From the NCBI GenBank assembly GCA_963809485.1, contig CAWEJX010000019.1, positions 28,496 through 92,495 of the forward strand: a stretch of 64,000 bases of DNA, in the 5' to 3' direction. Shown piece by piece: positions 1 to 9,441 of this stretch. The number at the start of each line of letters is the position of its first letter. Positions within the stretch are counted from its first letter, which is position 1. This DNA is from an uncultured Acidobacteriota bacterium. Its GTDB lineage: Bacteria; Acidobacteriota; UBA6911. Below the pieces are notes generated by a model. It was given only the letters and a program-made list of their open reading frames with translations, was not told where the DNA came from and ran no database searches. A program made the translations under genes and the position numbers.

Positions 1-10
1 GTGCCTGACT
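1..10 (+). mobile_element. Probable right tip of another copy of the IS200/IS605-like non-autonomous element
   Basis: Window opens with GTGCCTGACT, identical to the last 10 nt of the copies ending at 20770 and 38189; only 10 nt visible. Confidence 0.45.
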
Positions 11-32
11 GGCTCCGGGAGCACGGTGATTC

Positions 33-1520
33 TCAGGGAGCGGTGCATTTCCAGTTGGCGGCGTCCGTGAGACTCCCGGTTCCGCTGTATTCCGAGTACT
101 TCGGAAACGGGCATATGGGGCGCATCAGGCGTGATTTGGGATTCGATCCCATGATCTGATCGGGAGGAATTCCCTCTTCGCGCCACTTCTCGATCGCGCT
201 GATCGTGTCGAAATTGCATGGACCGTTGCCGCCGCTGCAATGTCCCATGCCGGGGACCATGAAAAGGCGCATCCAATCGTCCTGCCCGGGCCCCATCTCC
301 TTAAGAACGCTTTCGTAATAATGAATCGTATTTTCAGGGGGAATTCCCGTGTCATTCCAGCCGTGATAGAGCAACAGCTTGCCGCCGTGCCCCTTAAAGC
401 CTCGCAGATCCGGATCGACCGCATCCACGAAACCGGCGGCTGCGTCGATCCGCGGCATGTCCCGGTCCAGGTCAAAGCTTCGCCAGTCGTAGTCCGCATT
501 CTGCAATCCAAGTATGCGTACGCTGTCCCACACGAAGGCATTCGGCGCGGCATTTGTGCTTGGTATTGCGGGCAAAGCGTTGCCCAGGGATTGCCCTGCG
601 AAGATCCGTTCGCTTTTGCTGTTCTTCACCCCGCCGTAAAATTCCTCGATGGTTCGAAGCTGCGCTTCGGTGATGCAGGCGTCGCTTTCCTTTCCCTTGC
701 ACAGCAGAGATGAGAAATCAAAGGTACACCTGCGCGGATTGTTCAGAAAGCCTTCCTTGAGCGTGTCGCATTTGTCCATGACCGCCTTGTTCACCATCTT
801 CGCCTTGGCTTCGGAAATGGCCTGTTCCGGGTTTCTCGACAGACGGATGGCCGTAGCGACTGCAGCGGTGTGCATGTGGATGTGGCGGTTGGCAAGCGCT
901 CCTCCGATGATTCCGTCGAAGTCCCCGGGGTACCGTTGGGCGGACATCACAGCCTGGCGCCCTCCGGTCGAGCAGCCCTTGAAATAGGAGTATTGGAGCG
1001 GTTTCGAGTAATATGCTGCGATGACGCGCTTGGATTTGACCGCCATGTCGTGAACGGCGCGGTAGGCAAAATCGACAACTTTCTCGGGGTGGTCGAGCGC
1101 GAACATGCCATTGGGACCATCCGATGCGGAGTGGCCGTTGTCGGTGGCGGCCGTCGCGTATCCCCGGCGCAAAGCATCCTCCATATCTCCATAGCCCTGT
1201 ATGGATCCCGCCCAGCCGCCGTTGCCGACCGCCAGAAACCTGCCGTTCCAGTTTTCGGCCGGCATCCATAGTTCCACATTGATATTGGAGTCCTCCGCAG
1301 GTTTCAGAACCATCATTACGCGGCAATGCGCCGGCAGCGATCCGGCGGAATTGGCTGCGGGCAAACCGGGCGCCGGGCCTCCCGGCCGCACGAATGGTCC
1401 TTCCGGCACCAGCCCTGCGGCGGTTATGGCAGTACGGGGGATTTCAAGGGGTTTAAGGTTTTCACATGGCGCAGCCTGCAAAGCCACGGCCAGTAGCGCG
1501 GTTTCCAAAAGCCCTATCAT
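33..1520 (-). CDS. Tannase/feruloyl esterase family alpha/beta hydrolase, secreted
   Basis: Signal peptide; WNGRFLAVGNGGWAG, catalytic GCSTGG, HGWND and MGHCSGG motifs (CS-D-HC family); C-terminal RPICPFP. Confidence 0.92.
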   Translation of the reverse strand: MIGLLETALLAVALQAAPCENLKPLEIPRTAITAAGLVPEGPFVRPGGPAPGLPAANSAGSLPAHCRVMMVLKPAEDSNINVELWMPAENWNGRFLAVGNGGWAGSIQGYGDMEDALRRGYATAATDNGHSASDGPNGMFALDHPEKVVDFAYRAVHDMAVKSKRVIAAYYSKPLQYSYFKGCSTGGRQAVMSAQRYPGDFDGIIGGALANRHIHMHTAAVATAIRLSRNPEQAISEAKAKMVNKAVMDKCDTLKEGFLNNPRRCTFDFSSLLCKGKESDACITEAQLRTIEEFYGGVKNSKSERIFAGQSLGNALPAIPSTNAAPNAFVWDSVRILGLQNADYDWRSFDLDRDMPRIDAAAGFVDAVDPDLRGFKGHGGKLLLYHGWNDTGIPPENTIHYYESVLKEMGPGQDDWMRLFMVPGMGHCSGGNGPCNFDTISAIEKWREEGIPPDQIMGSNPKSRLMRPICPFPKYSEYSGTGSLTDAANWKCTAP

Positions 1521-1576
1521 CGTTTTCTCCTGAATCCGATCATTTGTTCAATGCGAAACAACCATAGATGCCGAAA

Positions 1577-2206
1577 TCATTGGTTGCCGTCTGGAATGAG
1601 ATACCTTCCCCGATGGATCTCACGCTGCCGGCACTCGAAACTGGCAGCGTCCTCCGGATTTCCGCTGCCTTTGTAATGAGCTGACAGCGGATAGGGACAC
1701 AGTGGACGGCTGCGTCCGGGGAAGGCATTGCCGGTTGCGATGACGGCGTCTGGGGCCTTGCCCTCTTCGACCCAGTCGACAATGGCGCCGAGCATATCGA
1801 ACCGGTCCAGAGCCGGAACATCTCCGCCGCCCTGCATCCCGATGGGCGTCTGCACGGTTCCGTTAAGCCCGCCGCCGCCCTGGAAGAGAAACCTGCCGTT
1901 CCAGTCAGCCGGGAGCGCAAGTGCAAATCCGATCCCGTAAGGGACATTGTCAACGCCGGTACGGGACTCGATAACTCCGTCCACGCGGCAATGCGCCGGA
2001 ATGAGACCTGTATAGCCTGGGCCCGTGGGGCTTTTCGGCATCGGTGCGGCGGGGACATTTTCGGCCTTGGTGATTTCGAGACTGGCGCCCGGCATCTTCA
2101 GCTCAGAAAGCCTGGCGCACGAGTCGGTTGTCTGTGCCCGAATCATTGAAGGCATGAACGCGACGGCAAGCGCCAGAGCCGCTATTGGGAGAATTCTTTG
2201 CATCAC
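1577..2206 (-). pseudogene. Tannase/feruloyl esterase family gene with a large in-frame internal deletion
   Basis: N-terminal HCRVDG...WNGRFLFQGGGG joined directly to C-terminal DRFDMLGAIVDWVE...RPLCPYP; catalytic Ser, Asp and His segments absent; GGAGG RBS upstream. Confidence 0.8.
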
Positions 2207-2245
2207 AGTCCTCCGTGGGATAGTCCCAAGTATAGCCCAAATCCA

Positions 2246-2526
2246 TAATTAGTTTCTGTCGCGAAACTCATGTTTTCATGCCAAGCCCTGGAGAGGCGGA
2301 CAGAGAATAGCTCCGGGCTCGCTTCGCTCAGCCGGGGTAGGATGTTCGATAATGATGGCGTCCCGCAATTGGCAAAAAACCTTATACAGCAATACTTTCT
2401 GCCGCCCTTTTAGGGCTCTCCTCTTGCCGATTCTCACCAGGGGTTCGCTTCGCTCATCCCTGGCTATTCTCTGATCGCCCCTTGCGGGGCTTGGTCAAAA
2501 AACCTGTTTGCGACAGAAGCTGATTA
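2246..2526. repeat. MITE/REPIN-like element with terminal inverted repeats and an inner inverted REP-like pair
   Basis: Left TAATTAGTTTCTGTCGCGAAAC vs reverse complement of right end TAATCAGCTTCTGTCGCAAAC; inner arms 2281-2340 and 2437-2494 share CCAAGCCC...CAGAGAATAGC in inverted orientation. Confidence 0.7.
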
Positions 2527-2635
2527 AAAGGCGGATGCTCACCAGACGGCATTTTGGCTGGGATAGCATCGCTTCAATGGCCCGTCCCGGCGATTGTCGG
2601 GGCATTCCAAAATGGCTCAAATCCGAATTATTGCA

Positions 2636-2664
2636 TTGACAGCCCTTACTGCATTTTCTAACAT
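2636..2664 (+). promoter_or_regulatory. Putative sigma70 promoter
   Basis: TTGACA-17 nt-TAACAT about 30 nt upstream of the ATG at 2695. Confidence 0.5.
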
Positions 2665-2694
2665 AAAACTGTTTCTTTAGATGAGGTTTTGAAG

Positions 2695-2928
2695 ATGGCG
2701 AAGAAGGATTTGAAAAAGAATTTGAACATAAGATGCCCGATTTCGGGATGTGCGTGCATAAACTGCAGCCTCTACAGAGGCAAGCATTTCAACCTGTGTT
2801 TTCAGGATCATTTTGCAGGCGATAGCGCCAAGGGCACGGGTCCGCTGTTTAGTATGGGTTACTTAGCCACGGCACGCGTCGTTAAGTGTGACGGCTGCTC
2901 TACCGAATATGTGATGATGAATCCTTAG
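2695..2928 (+). CDS. Small Cys-rich hypothetical protein, putative metal-binding
   Basis: CPISGCACINCSLYRGKHFNLCF and KCDGC motifs; GAGGT RBS; promoter directly upstream. Confidence 0.5.
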   Translation: MAKKDLKKNLNIRCPISGCACINCSLYRGKHFNLCFQDHFAGDSAKGTGPLFSMGYLATARVVKCDGCSTEYVMMNP

Positions 2929-3311
2929 ACGGACAAGCATCATCCTTTGACGGCTCGCCAAAGCCTAAATACAGCCCAAAAAACAATTTAGGTGATTTAC
3001 CCATAGCGAGAGCTCTCAGGATTGACATTAAGGCATTACCTCCCCCCCTTCTGCATGAGGGGGGGAGCGGGGCGAAAAAGCCCTCAGTTCGGTAATTGGT
3101 GTAAGATTCCGCATTTCGCAATCCAAGCAAGAACATTGGGGAAGTTAGTCTAACCCGGCATGATCAGGAACGGAGACAGCGAAGCTTGCCGGTGATTTAA
3201 GCGAACATACGGTTTTTCCCTCCTGTTCTCTTCGTAGCTTGTGGCAACCGGTTAATTTGCCACCCTTGAGGAGGAGAATAAAGCCGTAAAAATAAGGGGG
3301 TCCAACCTGAA

Positions 3312-4199
3312 ATGAAGACCATTACAACTGATTTTGAATATTTACCCGCAACAACGGTTGAGGAGGCTCTCGATCTGCTTTCTCAACACAAAGACGATGA
3401 TTATAAAGTCATCGCGGGCGGTCAGTCTTTAAACACCGCAATGAAACACAGACTGATTGCTCCTGAGTTTATTATTGATATTAAAGGCCTTTCGGATCTT
3501 GATTACATCAAGTTTGATGATCAAGAAGGCCTGAAGATCGGCGCTCTGGCCACGCATCGGTCTCTTGAGAAATCGCCGATCGTTCGCGAAAAGTACCCTG
3601 TGCTGTGTGAGATGGAGGAGAATGTCGCGTCGGTCGAAACGCGAAACTGGGGCACTGTAGCCGGCGATCTTTGCAATGCCGATCCTGCAGTCGATCCTGG
3701 GCCGCCGCTGATTGCATTGGATGCAAAGCTGAAGGTAGCCAGCAAGGACGAAGAAAGAACGGTTGATGCCGAGGAATTTGCCTTGGACTTTTTTGAAACC
3801 GTGGTCCAGCCTGGCGAGATGCTTACAGAAATCCAGATCCCCGTCCTGCCGCCGAATACCGGAGCCTATTTTACAAAATACTCCCAGATTCATGGGGACT
3901 ATGCGCTTGCGTCCGTGGCGGTATCAATAACTCTCGATAAAAAGAAGGAAGCATGCACCAACGCCAGAATCGGTCTGGGAGGCGTCGGCGTAAAGCCCAT
4001 CCGAGCGAAGAAAGCTGAAGAGGTTCTAAAGGGCAAAAAGATCACCGAGGCTCTGCTTGCTGAGGCGGCCGAGGTAGCGAAAACCGAGATTAGCCCCGTA
4101 TCCGGTATCGAGGGATCGGCGGATTACAAGCGAGAGTTGGCGGGAACTTTGCTGAAACGAGTGGGAAAAGAAGCCCTGGCGCGAGCTCAGAAGGCCTAA
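3312..4199 (+). CDS. Xanthine dehydrogenase family FAD-binding subunit (CoxM/XdhB-like)
   Basis: IAGGQSL, RNWGTVAGDLCNADPAVD; no extra [4Fe-4S] loop. Confidence 0.92.
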   Translation: MKTITTDFEYLPATTVEEALDLLSQHKDDDYKVIAGGQSLNTAMKHRLIAPEFIIDIKGLSDLDYIKFDDQEGLKIGALATHRSLEKSPIVREKYPVLCEMEENVASVETRNWGTVAGDLCNADPAVDPGPPLIALDAKLKVASKDEERTVDAEEFALDFFETVVQPGEMLTEIQIPVLPPNTGAYFTKYSQIHGDYALASVAVSITLDKKKEACTNARIGLGGVGVKPIRAKKAEEVLKGKKITEALLAEAAEVAKTEISPVSGIEGSADYKRELAGTLLKRVGKEALARAQKA

Positions 4200-4222
4200 T
4201 CCATGATAAATGGGGGAACGTT

Positions 4223-4780
4223 ATGAAACGGGAGTTAAATATTGTAGTAAACGGAGAGTCGTACAATTTCTTCATAGAGCCTAAGACTCTCCTGGTTCAG
4301 GTTCTAAGGGAAATGTTGGGATTGAGGGGAACCCATCAGGCTTGCGATAGCGGTTCCTGCGCAGCGTGCACCGTTATCGTTGATGGGAAAGCCGTCAAAT
4401 CCTGTTCCATTCTAGCGCTGCAGATGAATGGGAAAGAAGTTACGACCATTGAAGGTTTGGCCGACGGCACCAATCTGCATCCAATTCAGCAGGCTTTTAT
4501 TGACAATTGGGCATTCCAATGCGGATTCTGCACGTCCGGACAGATCATGGGTGCCAAGGCGTTTCTGGACGAGAATCCCAATCCAACACGCGAGGAAATC
4601 CAGGCGGCCATGGATGGCCATCTCTGCCGTTGCACCGGCTACAACATGATTAATGAAGCTATCCGGGATGCGGCCAAAAGGCTGCAGGCACTGGAGGCGG
4701 CAAAGAAAGTGCCGGCGCAAAGGGCTCCGCAGGTACAAAAGTGGATGCAGACGGCTAAATCAGGGAAGGGGGCAGCATAA
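4223..4780 (+). CDS. Xanthine dehydrogenase family (2Fe-2S) subunit (CoxS-like)
   Basis: CDSGSCAACTV, QCGFCTSG and HLCRCTGY. Confidence 0.95.
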   Translation: MKRELNIVVNGESYNFFIEPKTLLVQVLREMLGLRGTHQACDSGSCAACTVIVDGKAVKSCSILALQMNGKEVTTIEGLADGTNLHPIQQAFIDNWAFQCGFCTSGQIMGAKAFLDENPNPTREEIQAAMDGHLCRCTGYNMINEAIRDAAKRLQALEAAKKVPAQRAPQVQKWMQTAKSGKGAA

Positions 4781-7101
4781 TGAAAGAATATTCCATAATA
4801 GGCAAGCCGACGCCCAATGTCGATGGGCCGGCGAAGGTTACGGGCGAAGCGGCATATTCAATCGACATCACCTTGCCAAATATGCTTTATGGCAAGCTTC
4901 TGAGAAGTCCTTATCCGCACGCCAAGATCCTCAGCATTGATACCAGCAAGGCAGAAGAGTTTCCGGGCGTAAAATGCGTTATCACGGGCAAGGATACGCC
5001 CGGTGGCAAATGGGGCTTGTGGAGGCGCTTCCGGGAGCTGGCCGATCAGCAGGCTCTCGCCACGGACAAGGTCCGCTTTATCGGGGACCCGGTGGCTGCC
5101 GTAGCGGCAACTACTGAAGAGATCGCCGAAAAGGCTTTGGACCTGATCGAGGTCGAGTATGAGCCGCTGCCGGCTGTATATGATCCGATCGAAGCCATCA
5201 AAGACGATGCGCCCATGGTGCACGAGGATTTTCCAAGCAATATCAATGCGACCCGTCACATTGAATGGGGAGACGTGGACAAAGGATTTGCCGAAGCCGA
5301 CTATGTCCGTGAAGACCGGTACGTGATTGAAGCGGCGCATCCCTGCGCGATGGAAGTGCACAATTCCGTGGCCAGCTATGACAAAGGCACCGGTAGATTG
5401 ACCGTGTGGACATCCACCGGATCGCCGTACTTCGTGCAGCAGAACATTGCGGAAGCTCTGAAGCTGCGGGAAGGGGACGTCCGGGTAATAAAGCCCCATG
5501 TCGGCGGCCACTATGGCGGCAAGAATTCAACCATGCCGGACGCAGTCAATGCGGCCATTCTTTCCATGAAGACAGGAAAGCCTGTAAAGATTGTTTTCAA
5601 CCGCGACGAGGAATTTACCACCACGGAGCATCGTACCGCTCAGCATATGGCCCTGAAGATCGGCCTGAAGAAGGACGGAACGATCGTCGCTTTTGAAGCA
5701 AAGGCTATTACCAATGGAGGCGCCTTTACCGGATTGGGGGCTACGACGCTTTTTCTCACCGGCACCTTCATAACCATGCCTTACCGGATACCCAACTATA
5801 GATACGACGGTGTTCGAGCTTACACGAATATCGTCTGGGGTACGTCGATACGGGGATTCGGCGCCGTTCCCTCGAAGTACTGCGCTGAAACTCAATTAGA
5901 CCGAGCGGCCAAGGACCTTGAGATTGATCCGCTGGAAATCCGGCGTAAAAACGCTGTAGCGCCCGGTTACGAAGCTCCGGGTCAATATAAGTTTGAAAGC
6001 TGCGGTATTCAGGCTTGTATCGAAAAGATGGCCGTAAGAGTCAAAGAAAAATGGCCCAAAGTCGAGAAGGATGAAGGCATCGGATACTGCGGATTTGCCT
6101 ACATGTCCGGCGGCATCTTCAACTGGATCGATACTCCGTATGCCTATTCATCGGCTCACGTAAAGGTCAACTGGGATGGAACGGTCGATCTGTATAGCCA
6201 GGCAGCCGATGTCGGTCAGGGCCACAACACGGTGGCTGCCATGATCTGTGCCGAAGAACTGGGTATTGGCATCGAGGACATCCGCCTGCATATGGGCGAT
6301 ACCGCTCATGCCTATACCGATCTCGGCGCCTGGGGCAGCCGGGAAACGTTGATGAACGGCAACGCGATCAAGGATGCCGCTGCCCAGATCAAGCAGAAAC
6401 TCATTGATCTCGCAAGGCTGAAGCTGGGCGAGAATATCGCCTATGACCTAGTAGCGAGGAATCACAGAGTCTACCTTGAATTGCGCCCGGAAAGAGGACT
6501 CTCCTACTACGATCTTGTAAAGGACGCGATCCGGGCAAATGATGGAGTGCCTCTCAGCGGAGTCGGCCACTACACGCCTCACAATAAAGGCATGATCTCT
6601 CCTGCCTACGGTATGGGAATCATGGCGATCAAGGCGAAAGTGGACCGTGAAACGGGTCATGTCACAGCTCAGGATGTTCTCGTAGTGCATGATTCCGGCC
6701 AGATCATCAATCCTTTGGGTGCACGAGGCCAGGTGGAAGGATCTATTCACATGGGACTGGGGTACGGCCTGTGTGAAGAGATGCCTATGGATCAGGGCAT
6801 GTTGCTGAACCCTGAATTCGTGGACTACAAGATCCTCCGGACCCGCGATATGCCGGAGATCGAGATCCTGGACGTTCCTACTTATGAGCCGAATGGCCCA
6901 TTCGGCGCCAAGGAAGCTGCCGAAGCAACAATAGCGCCTGCCGCTCCTGCGCTGGCAAATGCCGTATATCAAGCCTGCGGAGCGGAGTTCTTCAGCAACG
7001 TCTTAAAACCTGAAAAGGTTTTGAAGGCACTCAGAGAAAAAGAGAAAAAAGACAAGGAAAGCGCAAAATCCAAAGCACCTTCCAAGGCAAAAGGTAAATA
7101 A
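4780..7101 (+). CDS. Xanthine dehydrogenase family molybdopterin-binding subunit (HcrA-like subgroup, substrate unknown)
   Basis: KVTGEA, LRSPYPHAKI, VGGHYGGK, IRGFG, DVGQG and GAKEAAE motifs; translationally coupled to the Fe-S subunit (TAATG). Confidence 0.93.
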   Translation: MKEYSIIGKPTPNVDGPAKVTGEAAYSIDITLPNMLYGKLLRSPYPHAKILSIDTSKAEEFPGVKCVITGKDTPGGKWGLWRRFRELADQQALATDKVRFIGDPVAAVAATTEEIAEKALDLIEVEYEPLPAVYDPIEAIKDDAPMVHEDFPSNINATRHIEWGDVDKGFAEADYVREDRYVIEAAHPCAMEVHNSVASYDKGTGRLTVWTSTGSPYFVQQNIAEALKLREGDVRVIKPHVGGHYGGKNSTMPDAVNAAILSMKTGKPVKIVFNRDEEFTTTEHRTAQHMALKIGLKKDGTIVAFEAKAITNGGAFTGLGATTLFLTGTFITMPYRIPNYRYDGVRAYTNIVWGTSIRGFGAVPSKYCAETQLDRAAKDLEIDPLEIRRKNAVAPGYEAPGQYKFESCGIQACIEKMAVRVKEKWPKVEKDEGIGYCGFAYMSGGIFNWIDTPYAYSSAHVKVNWDGTVDLYSQAADVGQGHNTVAAMICAEELGIGIEDIRLHMGDTAHAYTDLGAWGSRETLMNGNAIKDAAAQIKQKLIDLARLKLGENIAYDLVARNHRVYLELRPERGLSYYDLVKDAIRANDGVPLSGVGHYTPHNKGMISPAYGMGIMAIKAKVDRETGHVTAQDVLVVHDSGQIINPLGARGQVEGSIHMGLGYGLCEEMPMDQGMLLNPEFVDYKILRTRDMPEIEILDVPTYEPNGPFGAKEAAEATIAPAAPALANAVYQACGAEFFSNVLKPEKVLKALREKEKKDKESAKSKAPSKAKGK

Positions 7102-7115
7102 GGAGGAAATCGCAC

Positions 7116-7343
7116 ATGCCTAATTATCGTTGTCCAATGTGTCGCAAAATCTGTTCCGAGCATCTTGATTTGGCCAGGCACTATCTGGGACAGACCGACA
7201 AAAAACACAAGGACTGGCTCAAAACCCAGGGGCTTTCCTATGCTGCTTTGATTAAGGCCCAGGTTACCGAATTCGGGAATAAGGGCTATCAGGCCCTGGC
7301 TGACGTACTCAAGAAAACAGCCGCCGAAGTCAACGAAGGATAG
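7116..7343 (+). CDS. Small C2H2-type zinc-finger-like protein
   Basis: YRCPMCRK...LARH...H pattern; strong AGGAGG RBS right after the large-subunit stop. Confidence 0.75.
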   Translation: MPNYRCPMCRKICSEHLDLARHYLGQTDKKHKDWLKTQGLSYAALIKAQVTEFGNKGYQALADVLKKTAAEVNEG

Positions 7344-7355
7344 ACTATAAGGCCA

Positions 7356-7393
7356 CAACCCCAGGCATTGAGTCCGCTCAATGCCTGGGGTTG
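7356..7393 (+). terminator. Perfect 17-bp hairpin (terminator or mRNA-stabilising stem)
   Basis: CAACCCCAGGCATTGAG-TCCG-CTCAATGCCTGGGGTTG; no strong U-tract. Confidence 0.6.
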
Positions 7394-7588
7394 CTCGATT
7401 GCGTAAGCACCATTTAATTAAGTTCAACAAAAAATCATTCATGCAGGTTGCTGCGACGGTTGTTTCTGTACGAGCGGCTGTTTAAACCGGTTGACCATAG
7501 TCCTGCGGGTCTACAAGGGATTTGAATCAGCACAGAAGAATTCATTCGACCCATAGCAGATGCTTCTGAGAGAGAAAGGAGTTTTGAA

Positions 7589-8035
7589 ATGATTATCGAC
7601 GGGCAATTTACCCTGCAAGCGCCCATTCAAAAGGTCTGGGATCACCTGCTCGATCCCAAAACACTGGGTACCTGTGTTCCAGGTACGGAAAAAATGGAAG
7701 CCATTGATAAAGAGACGTATGAAAGCGTCGTTGCGCAGAGAGTAGGGCCATTCAAGATTAAGCTGAAATTTACGACAAAGTTGACCGAAGTGCGTCCGCC
7801 GAATTACATCAAAGCGGTTGGCAGAGGCGCCGATGTGACCAAGCTTGGCAATTTCTCGACTGAAATCGAGGTCAAACTGAACGAAACTTCCCCCAACGTT
7901 GTCGATGTTTCCTATACGGCCAATGTTAGCCTCGTTGGACGGCTGGCAACCTTCGGCGAGAGAATCATGCGGGCCAAGGCAAAGGAAGTTGGAGACGAAT
8001 TCACCAGAAATCTGCAGGAAAAACTCAAAGGCTAG
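7589..8035 (+). CDS. coxG: CoxG/SRPBCC family protein
   Basis: APIQKVWDHLLDPKTLGTCVPG...VGRLATFGERIM; typical accessory gene of Mo-hydroxylase operons. Confidence 0.88.
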   Translation: MIIDGQFTLQAPIQKVWDHLLDPKTLGTCVPGTEKMEAIDKETYESVVAQRVGPFKIKLKFTTKLTEVRPPNYIKAVGRGADVTKLGNFSTEIEVKLNETSPNVVDVSYTANVSLVGRLATFGERIMRAKAKEVGDEFTRNLQEKLKG

Positions 8036-8346
8036 CCTGCCGAAATTCCGCGGCCCGCGGCCCGGCAAGTTGGGCCGCAATCATGATGGCCAAACGGAAT
8101 ATGGCGGTTGCCTCGAGAGCGATTCCTGCTCGCCCCGGATGCGGACATTCTTGAACCTGATGTCCGCATCCAACCCCGCCGGATTCAAACATATCTTTTG
8201 ACCATGCCAGGCCCGGCGATTCTGGTCCGGCGCGGCCACTCCCAATCGGCCGGCCTCGGTTCCAGGTCCGCATTCTCTTATCGAGCTTGATGGATTTCTT
8301 GCGGAGAAGACGAACCGGAACGCCAGAATTTGTGTTCTGCGAGGAA

Positions 8347-8631
8347 ATGATGGGAATCTGCAGAAGTTGTCGGAAGGAAATGTCGGACCCGGCGGTCACG
8401 GCCTGCGAGGCGAATGTTTCCGCTAAATACACGGATGGAAGTATCCTTGCGACCCTGCCTTACGATCCTAAAAAGTTCCATTTTCCCAACTGGTTTCGCT
8501 GTCCCGACTGCAATGTGGCGCCCGGCGGCAAGCATCATACGGGTTGCGATTACGAATGCTGTCCCAAATGTGGCGGTCAGTTGATCAGTTGTGCTTGTTT
8601 CGATTCTGAAAATGACAAAGGGGCGAAGTAA
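8347..8631 (+). CDS. Cys-rich hypothetical protein
   Basis: CRSC, RCPDCNVAPGGKHHTGCDYECCPKCGGQLISCAC; GAGGA precedes ATG at 8347/8350. Confidence 0.7.
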   Translation: MMGICRSCRKEMSDPAVTACEANVSAKYTDGSILATLPYDPKKFHFPNWFRCPDCNVAPGGKHHTGCDYECCPKCGGQLISCACFDSENDKGAK

Positions 8632-8994
8632 GTGGGAATCGCCAATTACCTTAACCTGAGCGAGTTCATGAATGAAAGGCTGAAAGCCGGACATGCCGTT
8701 TCGATCTCAGACCTGGTCCGGGAAGCCGCGGGTCGAAAGCTCATACTTGCATCCGAAGGCACCCTGGCCGGCAAGTCGGATCTGGAAAATGGGTTCATAG
8801 ATCTGGTCGATGCACTTTATCGTGCCGGAGCCATCCGGCCTGAGCCTGCCAACGAATCCGAATCTCACCTGATCCGGCTCTATGAGTCCGGGAAATTGGC
8901 GGAAAACGGATATGGCGGAGAGGAGGGCGACCGTTTTTTGGACATCAAATGGGTAGCCCTGACAGACAACCCTCCGGTAATCGTCAATCTGTAA
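8632..8994 (+). CDS. Hypothetical protein
   Basis: Abuts the previous stop; GTG start; protein-like composition. Confidence 0.6.
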   Translation: MGIANYLNLSEFMNERLKAGHAVSISDLVREAAGRKLILASEGTLAGKSDLENGFIDLVDALYRAGAIRPEPANESESHLIRLYESGKLAENGYGGEEGDRFLDIKWVALTDNPPVIVNL

Positions 8995-9000
8995 TTACAT

Positions 9001-9219
9001 TGGTAAACCCCCGGCTCTGCCGGGCGACTCAAAGAGTTTGACAGCTCCGTATTTTGAAACGCTGAGAAACGCTGATAAAAGAGCCGACAAACGCCGATTT
9101 GTTCGGCGAGGGTCGGCTTTTGCCCGCGTAAGTCAGCGTTCAAGACCGGCGTAACTAGTCCAACCGCTTTGAGCGGTTCCAATCTTTCAAGCCTCCGGCT
9201 TTGCCGGAGGTACCTGACT
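9001..9219 (+). mobile_element. Non-autonomous IS200/IS605-like element, short form
   Basis: Left end TGGTAAACCCCCGGCTCTGCCGGGCGACTC...GTTTGACA; right end AACCGCTTTGAGCGGTT...GCCTCCGGCTTTGCCGGAGGTACCTGACT; subterminal hairpins, no TIRs, no tnpA; repeated at 20389, 37823 and 58812. Confidence 0.8.
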
Positions 9220-9330
9220 CCCCCATTCCACAATCTGCATTTCCCCGCTGCTCGTTTTTGATCATCAGTCCCCAAACCTGCTTTTGCCGGGGCCCCCATC
9301 GTACCTGCCTGTCCCGCAGCCTTGTTGTTT

Positions 9331-9346
9331 TGGCTGTAACAATGCA
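9331..9346 (+). promoter_or_regulatory. Possible sigma54 promoter
   Basis: TGGCTG-N5-ATGCA with correct GG-N10-GC spacing, about 95 nt before the ATG at 9442; imperfect consensus. Confidence 0.3.
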
Positions 9347-9441
9347 TGCCCGATTTGCTATCCTGTCCTCGCAGTCGTTAAATCCGATATGCCCGGGACT
9401 CCCCGGCGTGGTTCGCAGTAGAAAGCTAAGGAGGACTTTTT

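Noticed and set aside
3312-8035. Aerobic CO dehydrogenase (coxMSL-G)
   Set aside because: Active-site loop is SIRGFG, not AYxCSFR or AYxGAGR; coxG alone is not diagnostic
9001-9219. TnpB omega-RNA/guide locus
   Set aside because: No tnpB or iscB in the window and nothing specific supports an omega-RNA; cannot be tested by eye
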